From: an uncultured Hormoscilla sp.
GTDB taxonomy: Bacteria > Cyanobacteriota > Cyanobacteriia > Cyanobacteriales > Desertifilaceae
Reading direction: 5' to 3'
NCBI GenBank assembly: GCA_963921275.4
Contig: OZ001293.3
Location: forward strand, 3,968,001-4,032,000
DNA: 64,000 bases
This document shows positions 20,746-31,943 of this stretch, in pieces. Within the stretch, counting starts at the first letter, position 1. The number at the start of each line of letters is the position of its first letter. Position numbers and translations under genes: made by a program. A model generated the notes under the pieces. It was not told the DNA's origin, did no database searches, and saw only the letters and a program-made list of their open reading frames with translations.

Positions 20746-21810
20746 TTGGAGATGACGTTAAACCACTCAGCAACTATAATGGTTTTCGCCTCAGCGATCG
20801 ACTACTTGCTTGGCGATCCGTGGGGTTGGTTACATCCAGTCCAGGTAATGGGTTGGGTTATCTCTGGCTATACCCAACTGGCTCTCAAACTGGACAACAG
20901 TCTGCATATCCTGGGAGCTTTCGGTGTCCCCCGGGACACCGAACTCGCACTACCCAGGATATGCAGCCCTAAGATACAACGTCTGGCGGGAGTTGTTTTG
21001 ACAATTGTACTCATCGGCGGGAGTGCTTTGGTGGGTTGGTTAATTATTGCCGCTGCCAGATGGGTACATCCTATACTATATATAGTTGTAGAAAGCATTC
21101 TCTTAGCCAGTTGTTTTGCCGGGAGGAGTTTAAGGGCAGCAGCGGACTCGGCGATCCAACCCCTAGCAGTTGGTGACTTAGATCGTACTCGCCAACAATT
21201 GAGCCTGTATGTAGGACGCGATACAGAAAATCTCTCGGAGTCGGAAATTTTGCGGGCCTTGTTGGAGACAGTCACGGAAAATGCTGTTGATGGGGTAACA
21301 GCACCGCTATTCTTTGCCATTGTCGGGGCAATTATACCAGTGGGGGGAATCGCGCCCTTCGCTTTAGCTTACAAAGCGGCTAGCACTCTCGATTCAATGG
21401 TAGGCTACAAGGAAGCTCCTTACACAGATTTGGGCATGTTTAGTGCCAAGCTAGAGGATCTGCTGACCTGGTTGCCTTGCCGTTTGACCGTAATTACTCT
21501 ATGCTTACTCTCAGGGAAACCAGGGTATGTTTGGCGCATCTGTCAGCGAGATGGGCTTCTTGACCCCAGTCCGAATGCTGGTTGGAGTGAATGTGCTTAT
21601 GCAGCAATTCTCGGCGTGCAGCTGGGAGGACTTAACTATTATCGTGGGGTGGCCAAATATAAACCCCTGTTAGCAGATCCAATTCATCCTATTACGACTG
21701 AGAAAGTTTATGAGGCAATGCAGCTGACTCGCTATTGTTTTCTGATTTGGCTGGGACTGGCAATTGGATTGATTCTTCTGACTGGTGATTGGGGATTGGT
21801 GTCTGTCTAG
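20746..21810 (+). CDS. cbiB: Adenosylcobinamide-phosphate synthase CbiB (CobD/CbiB)
   Basis: GDPWGWLHPV, VGRDT, ENAVDG..APLF, STLDSMVGYK, SPNAGWSE; carries an extra ~21-aa palindrome-encoded insert. Confidence 0.93.
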   Translation: MEMTLNHSATIMVFASAIDYLLGDPWGWLHPVQVMGWVISGYTQLALKLDNSLHILGAFGVPRDTELALPRICSPKIQRLAGVVLTIVLIGGSALVGWLIIAAARWVHPILYIVVESILLASCFAGRSLRAAADSAIQPLAVGDLDRTRQQLSLYVGRDTENLSESEILRALLETVTENAVDGVTAPLFFAIVGAIIPVGGIAPFALAYKAASTLDSMVGYKEAPYTDLGMFSAKLEDLLTWLPCRLTVITLCLLSGKPGYVWRICQRDGLLDPSPNAGWSECAYAAILGVQLGGLNYYRGVAKYKPLLADPIHPITTEKVYEAMQLTRYCFLIWLGLAIGLILLTGDWGLVSV

Positions 21811-21871
21811 GCGGGGAGTGAAAACCCAAGGACCAAGTATGAGCCAGCGGACCCAAGCCAAATGGTCTCCA

Positions 21872-22390
21872 CTATCCCTTACCTGACTTCCAAGCTTCCC
21901 CACCCGGTAATTGCACTATATGCTCCTTAACGATCGCAGGTAAATTCTTGACTGAATGCTCATAAGTCAGATCCAGCAATTTTTGGGCCGTTAAGATTAC
22001 CTGTGTCTTGTCTAGCATTTCTGAGAGTTGATAGGGAGTATAGGCACCGGACATTACTTCCGCACTAGCAGTATCGATCGCCGCTTCCCATTCCTCCTCC
22101 AGCATTAACTCCCAGGCATCTGCTTTGACGTAATAAGCTTTTTTGTTATCTTGGAGATTCAGTCTTTTGATTTGGCGGATAGAATCAGAAATTGAAGCTA
22201 CCCAGGAAGTTGTTAAGCGCTGTTCGACTTGGTTTTTAATCAAATGAATCAGCAACCGGAGCAAGAATGATTGGATATTTCGCAGGATAGCTTGTCTGCT
22301 CATGCCCTCTAGATCCTCTACAATTGCCAAAGCATCCTCATAGCGTCCCTCTAGGATGCTGGTTCTTAAGTCGATCAATTCCTGAGTCAT
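21872..22390 (-). CDS. DUF29 family protein
   Basis: MTQELIDLRTSILEGRY...LEGMSRQAILRNIQSFLLRLLIHLIK. Confidence 0.85.
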   Translation of the reverse strand: MTQELIDLRTSILEGRYEDALAIVEDLEGMSRQAILRNIQSFLLRLLIHLIKNQVEQRLTTSWVASISDSIRQIKRLNLQDNKKAYYVKADAWELMLEEEWEAAIDTASAEVMSGAYTPYQLSEMLDKTQVILTAQKLLDLTYEHSVKNLPAIVKEHIVQLPGGEAWKSGKG

Positions 22391-22527
22391 ATTACTGCTT
22401 ATCCTTGTGATTTGCAAGATTTATAGGATAACATAAAACTGAAATTTGGCAGCGATATAAAAAAAAGCTGTTGGGTTTCGTGCGGAAACCCAACCTACAG
22501 TTGCTACAGTTATACGAACATTACCGC

Positions 22528-23041
22528 CTACCTACCTGACTTCCAAGCTTCTCCGCCATCAAGCTGAGTTAACTCATTATTGATGACTGTGGTTAAGTCT
22601 TTAACCGAGTGATTGTATGTCAGATTAAAAAGAGCGATCGCCCGGTTCGTTACCAGTTCTCGATCGACCAACTCAGCTAGTTGAAAAGGACTGTAGGCAC
22701 CATCCATGACTTCCATACTTGCGGTAGCAATGGCTTCGTCAAACTCTTCTGCAAGCATTGAGAACCATTCAGCAGACTGGACATAATAAGATGTTTTATT
22801 ATCCTTGAGGTTCAGCTTGGCAATTTCTCGGAGAACCTCGAATGGAAGCTGCCCAGGAGTTGGTTAAACGCTGCTCGACTTGATTTTTAATCAAATGAAT
22901 TAGCATTCTGAGTAAAAAGTATTGGATGTTACGCAGGATAGCTTGTTTGCTCATTCCCTCTAGATCGTCTACAATTGCTAAAGCATCCTCATAGCGTTCA
23001 TCCAGGATGCTGGTTCTTAAGTCGATTAGTTCCTGAGTCAT
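22528..23041 (-). pseudogene. DUF29 family paralogue, frameshifted
   Basis: Two ORFs (22799-23041, 22528-22758) are colinear with the neighbouring DUF29 gene; frameshift near 22830. Confidence 0.82.
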
Positions 23042-23134
23042 ATTGCCGCTTCTCCCTTGTGGCTTAATATGATAACATAATGAGGTAACGGCCTGCCTTG
23101 CTCGCCATCTTCATCCATTAACCATCAGAAGGCC

Positions 23135-23671
23135 ATGACAGCAAAAATAGTACCAATTCTCGACTCGGAAGAAATTCGTCGCACTCTCACTCGCCTCGCT
23201 TCCCAGATTATCGAAAAAGCGGGAGACTTGTCCGGGCTGGCACTCCTGGGCATTTATACTAGAGGTGTCTACCTCGCTCAGGCGATCGCGGACCAAATTG
23301 CAGTACTGGAAAACATCTCTGTACCAGTGGGGGCTTTAGACGTGACCTTCCATCAGGACGACCTAGACCAGATCGGACTCCGGACGCCCGCCAAAACAGA
23401 AATTTCCTTTGACTTGACGGGCAAAATCGTGGTACTTGTAGATGATGTCATATATAAGGGTCGGACGGTGCGAGCAGCCCTAAATGCCGTTAACGATTAT
23501 GGTAGACCCGCTGCCATTTGGTTAACGGTACTGGTAGATAGGGGTCATCGGGAATTGCCCATTCACCCAAATTTCACTGGCAAAAAATTACCGACGGCCA
23601 AGGAAGAAAAAGTTAAAGTTTATCTTCAGGATGTGGATGGACGGGACGCTGTAGAGTTAATATCTCGGTAG
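23135..23671 (+). CDS. pyrR: Bifunctional pyrimidine regulatory protein / uracil phosphoribosyltransferase PyrR
   Basis: [37 protein letters not shown]. Confidence 0.93.
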   Translation: MTAKIVPILDSEEIRRTLTRLASQIIEKAGDLSGLALLGIYTRGVYLAQAIADQIAVLENISVPVGALDVTFHQDDLDQIGLRTPAKTEISFDLTGKIVVLVDDVIYKGRTVRAALNAVNDYGRPAAIWLTVLVDRGHRELPIHPNFTGKKLPTAKEEKVKVYLQDVDGRDAVELISR

Positions 23672-23766
23672 AACTATAGCAAGTATAAATCAGCCATCAG
23701 CTTTTTCAATCCATTGGAGGCAGAGCCTCTAGACATGATATAATAAGATAACTGCACCTGGATAAA

Positions 23767-24822
23767 TTGATGGGAAAAACACCTGTGAACCAAGAATCAA
23801 GTCAAACCCAGACGCGCAAGGCAGATCATTTGCGGATCTGCCTGGAAGAAGATGTACAATTCCATCAGACGACGAATGGATTGGAACGCTATCGCTTTAC
23901 TCACTGCTGTTTGCCGGAACTAGACTACAGTGAGATTGATGTAACAACCAGTTTTCTGGGAAAAAAACTGGGTGCGCCGCTGCTGATTTCTTCGATGACG
24001 GGGGGAACGGAACGCGCTAAGACGATCAATTATCGTCTGGCGGAGGTGGCGCAGCAGTATAAATTGGCAATGGGAGTGGGTTCCCAGCGGGTGGCGGTGG
24101 AAAATCCCCAAGTTGCTGATACTTTTGCGGTCAGAAAGCTGACTCCTGATATTCTCCTATTTGCTAATCTGGGTGCAGTGCAGCTAAACTATAGCTATGG
24201 GATCGATGAATGTCTGCGGGTGGTCGATTTGCTGGCAGCAGATGCTCTGATTTTACATATTAATCCGCTGCAAGAGTGCATTCAAGCTAATGGAGATACT
24301 GATTTCCGAGGCTTACTTGGCTCAATTGCTAAAGTTTGCTCCTATTTGCCTGTACCCGCGATCGCTAAGGAGGTGGGTAATGGAATTTCGGCCTCAATGG
24401 CAGAGAAATTAATTGATGCCGGGATTAGCGCTATAGATGTTGCGGGTGCGGGGGGCACTTCTTGGGCAAAGGTGGAAAGCGATCGGGCCAACAATGCCTT
24501 GCAGCGCCGCTTGGGAAAAACCTTTGGAGACTGGGGAATACCGACAGCGGAATGCATTACCAGTATTCGCGCGGTGGCACCAGAAATTCCTTTGATTGCT
24601 TCTGGGGGATTGCGCAACGGACTAGAGGTGGCCAAGGCGATCGCTCTGGGTGCGGACCTGGCTGGTTTAGCCTGGCCATTCCTGCAAGCGGCGACAGAAT
24701 CAGAAGCTGCTTTGGGTGAATTAGCAGAAGTCCTGATGGCGGAGATCGCTACTGTGCTGTTTTGCACTGGCAACGCCACATTATCCGATCTCAAACAGTC
24801 TCATGCCCTACAAAGATTATGA
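23767..24822 (+). CDS. fni: Type 2 isopentenyl-diphosphate delta-isomerase
   Basis: [40 protein letters not shown]. Confidence 0.95.
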   Translation: MMGKTPVNQESSQTQTRKADHLRICLEEDVQFHQTTNGLERYRFTHCCLPELDYSEIDVTTSFLGKKLGAPLLISSMTGGTERAKTINYRLAEVAQQYKLAMGVGSQRVAVENPQVADTFAVRKLTPDILLFANLGAVQLNYSYGIDECLRVVDLLAADALILHINPLQECIQANGDTDFRGLLGSIAKVCSYLPVPAIAKEVGNGISASMAEKLIDAGISAIDVAGAGGTSWAKVESDRANNALQRRLGKTFGDWGIPTAECITSIRAVAPEIPLIASGGLRNGLEVAKAIALGADLAGLAWPFLQAATESEAALGELAEVLMAEIATVLFCTGNATLSDLKQSHALQRL

Positions 24823-24854
24823 TATACTTTGAAAGGGAGCGACGAGCGCAAAAT

Positions 24855-25012
24855 GGCGATTGCTTCGGGGGGATACCTTCCGCAGTAACTGTGGTATGCC
24901 AAACTATCAGACCCCCCGAAGCAATCTCCTAAAGGGCGCGCGGAGATTGCTTCGGGGGGTGTTATTGCGAAGGGACTTGGATCTCTCAATTATTCCCCCC
25001 CCTCGCAATGAC
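24855..25012. repeat. GAAGCAATCTC/GAGATTGCTTCG...CTCGCAATGAC palindromic repeat family
   Basis: Related copies at about 47541-47613, 49488-49602 and 52777-52938. Confidence 0.75.
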
Positions 25013-25130
25013 ATATTGGCTGCTATAATAAGCGCAGTTAATGACCGTTAGCAGTATAGTTGGTGAATGGTGATTGTTGAAGTTTCAATTTTCAATTTTC
25101 AATTCTCGATTCTCAAAAAAGGACTAACAA

Positions 25131-26933
25131 ATGCGTCAATTTCTCAAATATACCTTCGCTAGCTTGATCGGAAACCTGTTAGCAGCCATGCTGGTATTGG
25201 GTCTGGGGACTGGCGGACTGATTTTTCTGGTGGTTGCGGCAGCATCCAAAGATACGGAACCGCAAGTTAAGGATGAGTCGGTACTGGTTTTCGATCTGGG
25301 CTTGAATATCAGCGATACTAATCCGGAATCTACTACCAGTGAGGCAATCAGTCAAGTCATCTCAGGATCCGATAGCAAGACAATTACCCTGAGATCGGTC
25401 TTGGATAGTCTGGAAAAGGCAACAACAGACGATCGCATTGTAGGTTTGTACCTGGATGGCAGTGCCCGGGGTGCTGACACGGGGTTGGCCAATCTGAAAG
25501 AAGTGCGATCGGCCCTAGAGAAGTTCCGAGAATCAGGGAAACCGATCTTTGCTTATGATGTTAACTGGGGGGAACGGGAATATTACCTCGGTTCTGTAGC
25601 TGACACGGTGTTTCTCAACCCCCTGGGGGCGATGGAATTCAATGGTTTGAGTTCAAAAATTATGTTTTATGCGGGTGCTTTCCAGAAATATGGGATTGGC
25701 ATCCAAGTGATTCGGGTGGGTAAGTATAAGTCGGCAGTGGAACCGTTTATACAGACGAAACTCAGTCCGGAAAACCGGGAACAGATGCAACAGTTGTTGA
25801 ACGACCTCTGGGGCGAGTTTCTCACAACTGTGGGGCGTCACCGGGAGTTGGACTCAAGGCAATTGCAGGCGATCGCGGACAGTCAGGGAATATTAAAGCC
25901 TCGGTCAGCCCAGTCGAAGGGCTTGGTGGATAAGCTAGCATACTTTGACGAGGTGGTGCAGGAATTGAAGCAACTGACTGGCAACGATGAGGAAGATAAA
26001 ACTTTCAATCAGATCGATCTGACTGCCTATGCTAGAGTTGCGGCATCTAATGCTGAGAGTCGATCGAAGAATCAGATTGCCTTGGTTTATGCTGAAGGTA
26101 CTATTGTAGATGGTCAAGGTGCTGTCCGGGAAATAGGAGGCGATCGCTTCTCGGCCCTGATGCGCAAATTGCGAGAAGATGATAAAATAAAGGCGGTAGT
26201 GTTGCGGGTGAATAGTCCTGGGGGGAGTGCCACAGCTTCTGAGGTAATTGGGCGGGAAGTTGAATTGACAAGTCACCGAAAACCCGTTATTGTCTCCATG
26301 GGAGATTATGCTGCTTCTGGAGGCTACTGGATCTCTGCCTATGGCGATCGCATTTTTGCCGAACCGAATACGATCACCGGTTCCATTGGGGTTTACGGCA
26401 TCCTGACCAATATTCAAGAGTTAGCTAATAACAATGGCATTACCTGGGATGTGGTGAAAACCGGTCGCTATGCCGACATGCAAACCATTGCCCGCCCCAA
26501 GACTGATGCTGAATTGCAATTGTATCAGAATTCAGTCAATCGGGTTTACCAGCTATTCTTGAACAAGGTAGCAGAGGGGCGGAACCTGCCTCAGCAAAAG
26601 GTAGCGGAAATTGCCCAAGGGCGGGTTTGGTCCGGTCTAGCAGCAAAGAATATCGGTCTAGTGGATGAAATTGGCGGCCTGGAAGCGGCGATCGCCTTTG
26701 CTGCGGAAAAAGCCGAGTTAGGAGAAAATTGGCGACTGCAAGAGTATCCCAAAACTCGCAGCTTAGAACAAAGAATTATCCGCAAGCTAGTGGGTACCAA
26801 TATTGATGCTGCCCAACCCGACCTGCTAACCCGGGAATTACAAAAATTACAAACAGAGTTGGCAATTTTGACAACTCTCAACGACCCCCTGGGCGTCTAT
26901 GCCCGCCTCCCTTTTCATCTGCTGATTGATTGA
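25131..26933 (+). CDS. sppA: Signal peptide peptidase SppA (67-kDa type)
   Basis: RVGKYKSAVEP, LRVNSPGGSA, SMGDYAASGGYWI, TITGSIGV, AQGRVWSG. Confidence 0.95.
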   Translation: MRQFLKYTFASLIGNLLAAMLVLGLGTGGLIFLVVAAASKDTEPQVKDESVLVFDLGLNISDTNPESTTSEAISQVISGSDSKTITLRSVLDSLEKATTDDRIVGLYLDGSARGADTGLANLKEVRSALEKFRESGKPIFAYDVNWGEREYYLGSVADTVFLNPLGAMEFNGLSSKIMFYAGAFQKYGIGIQVIRVGKYKSAVEPFIQTKLSPENREQMQQLLNDLWGEFLTTVGRHRELDSRQLQAIADSQGILKPRSAQSKGLVDKLAYFDEVVQELKQLTGNDEEDKTFNQIDLTAYARVAASNAESRSKNQIALVYAEGTIVDGQGAVREIGGDRFSALMRKLREDDKIKAVVLRVNSPGGSATASEVIGREVELTSHRKPVIVSMGDYAASGGYWISAYGDRIFAEPNTITGSIGVYGILTNIQELANNNGITWDVVKTGRYADMQTIARPKTDAELQLYQNSVNRVYQLFLNKVAEGRNLPQQKVAEIAQGRVWSGLAAKNIGLVDEIGGLEAAIAFAAEKAELGENWRLQEYPKTRSLEQRIIRKLVGTNIDAAQPDLLTRELQKLQTELAILTTLNDPLGVYARLPFHLLID

Positions 26934-26943
26934 TAAAATATTT

Positions 26944-27144
26944 CTCGTTCCCAGCGGGAACGCTGGGAACGCTGGGAACGCTGGGAACGCTGGGAACGCT
27001 GGGAACGCTGGGAACGCTGGGAACGCTGGGAACGCTGGGAACGCTGGGAACGCTGGGAACGCTGGGAACGCTGGGAACGCTGGGAACGCTGGGAACGCTG
27101 GGAACGCTGGGAACGCTGGGAACGCTGGGAACGCTGGGAACGAG
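26944..27144. repeat. Perfect 9-bp tandem repeat (GGGAACGCT)x20 inside a CTCGTTCCCAG...CTGGGAACGAG palindrome
   Basis: Direct count of units at 26956-27135. Confidence 0.97.
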
Positions 27145-27231
27145 CGCCCTGTAAAATGTTTGTGGTTGTAGGTTGGGTTTCGTGCCTCAACCCAACGATC
27201 GCGTACCCGCTAGAAACGATCGCTCTGTAAA

Positions 27232-27612
27232 ATGTTTGTAGTAAGGACTAAAGTACTTTCCGGGTTGATAACAGAGGTAAATAGGATAAAAGTCAAGAAC
27301 ATCTCCATAGCGAAGGAGAAGATAGCCGAATTCTGCGATCGCTGGCAAATCATAGAATTTACCTTATTTGGTTCAGTGCTGCGAGATGACTTTCGCCCAG
27401 ACAGCGACATTGATGTTTTGGTGACTTTTGCCCCAGATTCTCATTGGACTTTGTTTAACATAATTCGCGAGGAATTAGAAGCCATCTTTGAACGAAAGGT
27501 AGATTTGGTCAGCAAACTGGCAATTCAGAAAAGCCTAAACTACCTGCGTCGTAAAGCAATTCTGAGTTCATCTGAGGTGATTTATGCGAGAAAGCGATCT
27601 TCCTTTACTTAG
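27232..27612 (+). CDS. MNT-type nucleotidyltransferase (antitoxin of MNT-HEPN pairs); the HEPN partner appears lost
   Basis: LFGSVLRDDFRPDSDIDVLV...RKVDLV; start codon uncertain. Confidence 0.82.
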   Translation: MFVVRTKVLSGLITEVNRIKVKNISIAKEKIAEFCDRWQIIEFTLFGSVLRDDFRPDSDIDVLVTFAPDSHWTLFNIIREELEAIFERKVDLVSKLAIQKSLNYLRRKAILSSSEVIYARKRSSFT

Positions 27613-27979
27613 AGGATCGCTTTTCCTTCACTCTTGAACTACTAATGAACGATGATTGTACTGCGATTCATTTCTATCAACGAATATTGTTGGAACAGTT
27701 CAGCTAACTGTGGCATGTTATTTATAAATAACGCTACCAGTTCTGTGTTATTGATATTGCCTGTAGTCAAGAACAACAGCTTATAGGGTTCTTGGTGAAT
27801 CATAACGACTCAAAAAAATCTCGGTCTTTGGAGATAACAATCCGGTTTTGCTGGATTGATATAGCGCTAATTTCTACATGTGAGGTTGTGTTTTGCAAGG
27901 GTAAATCTTTGCCGTGGCAGATATTCGGATCGATCGTGATGCGCTGCAAAAGCTGGTTTTCCATAGCTATTATCGCCTA

Positions 27980-28452
27980 CTGTACGGTGATTGATAATTA
28001 TAACTCAAAAATGCCGATTGGGTATGCATCCTGGTTATGCAACTTCCGCCTGGAGCCTTCAGTTGTGCATGTTATGAGAGCCATACAGCAGGTTCGCGCC
28101 CTGGATGAGTCTATTAAATGGACGCATTTAACTCCTCAGCAAATCGCCGATAAATTGTTGCGCTGGAATTTCAGTCAGCGTAACGGTTGTGGATAAATTG
28201 TTAGAAAAATACAAATTTCGTCGTCGCCAGGCTTTCAAAACCAAAGCTACTGGCGAGAACAAAGAGCGTAACCAGCAATTTGAGAATATAGACTCTCTTG
28301 TCGAAAGCTCTCAAAATGCTGGAAATCCCGTGATAAGTATGGACACAAAAAAAAAGAGTTTATCGGTCAACTGTATCGTGATGGACAGACCTATACTCAA
28401 GATAGAATCAAGGTTTACGACCATGATTGGCCATCTCTGGCTCAAGGCCGGA
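27980..28452 (+). mobile_element. ISAzo13-family transposase fragment (pseudogene)
   Basis: KWTHLT..QIADKL, RRRQAFK...RNQQFENI...GNPVISMDTKKK, with frameshifts. Confidence 0.7.
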
Positions 28453-29293
28453 TCATATAGCATCTACTAGGGCCCGATAAGTTCTAGCTTCCAGCTTCTT
28501 GAGATAACTCTTCAGCTTTGACCAAAGATTTTCAATAGGGGAGAAGTCTGACGAATAAGGAGGAAGATAGACTAACCGTGCCCCCACTTTTTCAATTGCT
28601 TGCCGGATTACATCTCCTTGATGAATTTTACAGTTGTCCATCACAACGCCGGCTCCTTTCCACAGTTTGGGAACTAAGTGGCGAATTACAAATGCTAATA
28701 ATGTTAAGCTATCATAAGCACCTAATATATTAAATGAACTCACTATCCCATTGAGACTAACTAACAATTGAAACATTTTGTCCGCGCTTACTGGGTTTAC
28801 TTCCATAGGCTCTCAGACCACATGCGGGCATACATCGGTGTTAGAGCCAGGTTACAGCCGGATTTATCCAGGAAAATGAGGTCTTTAGCCTCTATACCTT
28901 CTATCTCTTTCCAGTAGTCAAACCTTAACTGTTGCACTCGCTCGCCTTTTTTTTTGTCGGATGTAATGCCTTTTTTTTGATGGTCAAACCGCTTAGTCAT
29001 CCTATCTAGAACGGCTGACTTTTACCCCTGTCTGTTTTTCTAATTATAACTGATATTCTTCCAATGTCCAATCATTATTTTATTCTACTAAAACTTTGAG
29101 CTTTTCCTGTTGTGTTGAGGAGGAAACGACCGCTACTTTTTCCCGGGTCGCCGGTTTCTCGGTACTGCTTGAGGATTTTGATGACGAAACTGAATGCTAC
29201 CCGGAATCTTTTGGCTAGTTGTCTTTGTGATATCACCTCATTTTCATAGGTTTCTATGATTTTCTGGCGGAGAGCAATTGAGTAGGGCTTCAT
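28453..29293 (-). mobile_element. IS630-family transposase, fragmented
   Basis: MKPYSIALRQKI...SQRQLAKRF, LIFLDKSG, VVMDN..IH, YLPPYSSDFSPIENLWSKLK spread over three broken ORFs. Confidence 0.85.
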
Positions 29294-29682
29294 AGTTTTT
29301 GAGGGTGACTGGCGAAAACTCATCGCCCCCTGTCTGGCGAATAGACGAAAACCGCATCCTAAACTATACTGCTTTTATTATCTCTCCAGAGTGATAAAAG
29401 AGCGCTATGAATCTAAAAAACCCGGGTTTCGCTCCCCACTCCCCACAAATACTAGGAAATATTAGCCGTACCCGGACGCATTATTAAGGAAAAGGCAGAA
29501 GAGAATGACAAGCTCAAATAATAGCTCGATGATGATTGCGTTTGTCGATCTGTAAGGGAACAGCTAATTTGGCAGACACTAACTTCTCTATTATAGTAGA
29601 TATTATAGTAGATAACAAATCTACATGGGATGGCATGAGGTTGGGTCGATCGCCAGTGTGACCCAACCTACCTTTGCACTCA

Positions 29683-30432
29683 TTAACCGATCGGGCTTAG
29701 CATTAAAGTGATTAAGGAGTGATGCATGTGATGATGCATAGCACCCGTGCGCAGCAGGGTGAGAAGGCCGACGATCAGAGTTAGCCAACCGCCGAGACGA
29801 TAGAGTTGCGATCGCCTCCAAGCGCTCAACTTAGACGTTGACACTCCCACTGTCAGCATCATCGGGAAAGTCCCCAACCCAAAGGCCAGCATCGTCCCTG
29901 CCCCCATCATCATACTACCGGTTTCGGCAGCTTTAATCTGTGCCGCATATAGGAACCCGCAGGGTATTAAACCCCAGACCATCCCCAGGGCGATCGGCGT
30001 CCACCAGTGGGAGTTAGCTGATAGTTTCATCATGGCAGCATTCAGGCGATCGTGCCAATTTCCTGGCAGCAGAGGATGTAATATGGGCAGAGGAGGAAGA
30101 AAACCGGGCTTGATCTGAACTAAGCCAAACCAAATCAACATCAAACCCGTAACAATAGCGAAACCCCGACGCATGGTGCTATCAACCCCTGCCAAAGCAC
30201 CACCTGCAATCAAAACCGAACCGACAGCCCCAATAGCAGCACCCACCATCACATAGCTGAAAATCCGTCCCAGATTTAGCATGGCGTGAAAATAGAAAGG
30301 TTGCCACTTTTTGGCAGATGTTTGCTTCTGTTGCAAAAGGGAAAATGCCACTGTCAGCGGACCGCACATGCCCGCACAGTGACCGAAACTCCCCAGAAAT
30401 CCCACTGATGCGATTAGATATAACTCCAGCAT
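29683..30432 (-). CDS. Sulfite exporter TauE/SafE / DsbD_2-type membrane protein
   Basis: GSFGHCAGMCGPL, NLGRIFSY, GLIPCGFLY, AFGLGTFP. Confidence 0.85.
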   Translation of the reverse strand: MLELYLIASVGFLGSFGHCAGMCGPLTVAFSLLQQKQTSAKKWQPFYFHAMLNLGRIFSYVMVGAAIGAVGSVLIAGGALAGVDSTMRRGFAIVTGLMLIWFGLVQIKPGFLPPLPILHPLLPGNWHDRLNAAMMKLSANSHWWTPIALGMVWGLIPCGFLYAAQIKAAETGSMMMGAGTMLAFGLGTFPMMLTVGVSTSKLSAWRRSQLYRLGGWLTLIVGLLTLLRTGAMHHHMHHSLITLMLSPIG

Positions 30433-30751
30433 GATATCGATCTATGAATTATTCTCTTTAATTTTGACTCAATCCGCCATCTTTGTCAAAAGACAACCTG
30501 TCATACTCCTGTAACAGTAATTGGTGATTTCGTTCTGTAGGGTGGGCACCGCCCACCAGACGCTACTGATACCTACTATTCCGACCACTTGCTGAAGGGA
30601 TGCTGGGCTAAATAAGAATTAAAGTATCGGCGCTCGTCCGAAACTTCTTTCCCTTGTAACAGTAATTTTTGATTTGGTTCTGTAGGGTGGGCATCGCCCA
30701 CCAGACGCTACCGGTACTGTAGAATGATTTAATTTACTCCATTTTCGATAC

Positions 30752-31225
30752 CTACTCTTCCGACCACTTGCTGAAGGGATGCTGGGCTAAATAAGAATTA
30801 AAGTATCGGCGCTCGCCCGAAACTTCTTTCCCTATCCAGTCTGGCAGTTCAACGGTCTGATTTTCGTCCGTAAGTTCTACTTCTGCCATAATTAATCCTT
30901 GATTTTCCCCTGCAAACTCGTCTACTTCCCAGATTACACCATCCCTGGAAATCTTGTATCTGGTTTTTTCTATTTGGGGCCGATCGCATAGCTTTTCCAG
31001 CATTTCTCTAGCATCCTCTCCTGGAATATCATACTCATACTCTGTCCGAGAAATTCCCACCGTTGTGCTTTTCAGCGTCAAGTAACCCCGATCTCCTACC
31101 AGACGCACCCTGACAGTGCAGCCATTTTGAGTAGCAATGTAACCTTGGCGATAGACGACACCCTTAGCGAGCGCTCGCCACTCATCACCCTTTACTAAAA
31201 ATTTCCGCTCTATTTCAGTTGCCAT
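30752..31225 (-). CDS. CYTH domain protein
   Basis: EIERKFLV, TVRVR, EYEY, IEKTRY, WEVDEF, AEVEL. Confidence 0.93.
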   Translation of the reverse strand: MATEIERKFLVKGDEWRALAKGVVYRQGYIATQNGCTVRVRLVGDRGYLTLKSTTVGISRTEYEYDIPGEDAREMLEKLCDRPQIEKTRYKISRDGVIWEVDEFAGENQGLIMAEVELTDENQTVELPDWIGKEVSGERRYFNSYLAQHPFSKWSEE

Positions 31226-31871
31226 CTTTACTATTTAGTTGCTCTCTCACCCAATTTCGGAATGCTCTCATTGTAGCATTCCTCCCCACTATTTTACTTT
31301 GTTCCAGATACTTATGCATCACCTCAACTATCGGGAGGCTGGGAAAATGGGGGCTAACTTCCGACTCAATATACTCAGATCCTTGCAGCACATTTATCTC
31401 CAGCCTGCGCCCGTTATATCGCCAGATTTCCGGCACCCTTAACCATTCGTAATTATCAAACCTAGTGCGGGAGATGATGTCAATTTCAATCGCCAAGTCT
31501 GGAGGTGGATCTACATTTAAGTCGATCCGCTTCTTCCCTCTGATCTGGGCTTCGTTCTCGATATAGAAACATGCGTCCGCTTCTATCGCCTGGGCCATGT
31601 TTTCGTTTTTGAAGGTGGTAGAACCCAGAGCCCGAAATTCAATATCCAGTTCTTCCAGAAGAACCTTAACCAAGTCGCCTATAATTTCTTTATCATCTTC
31701 ATGTTCTGGCAGGGGGGTCATGATTGACAACATTCCTTTGCTATAGGACAATCGAGCTGCACGAGTTTCGCCCAACTCATCTAAAATGGTTTCCAACATC
31801 GGCTAGGGGACATTTTTCAGCAACAACTCCTGACCTGGTGGTATAATCAATTGATTCAGTTCCAGTTGCAT
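31215..31871 (-). pseudogene. Uma2 family endonuclease with an in-frame TAG near the 5' end
   Basis: EADACFYI, PPPDLAIEID, VPEIWRY. Upstream ATG at 31871 is in frame but interrupted by TAG (NVP*PMLE, where Trp is expected). Confidence 0.75.
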
Positions 31872-31943
31872 TGTCTCACCTTTGGTAACAGTCAACCGGT
31901 CATTATCAGACCAAAACTAGCAAAATTAAGATTAGTATAGCAT

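Noticed and set aside
25085..25115. Heptamer repeats here and at 51603-51637
   Set aside because: Ordinary cyanobacterial short tandem (STRR-like) repeats
26915..27190. ORFs made of SQR, NAG or GTL repeats
   Set aside because: These are artefacts of translating the stop-free 9-bp repeat
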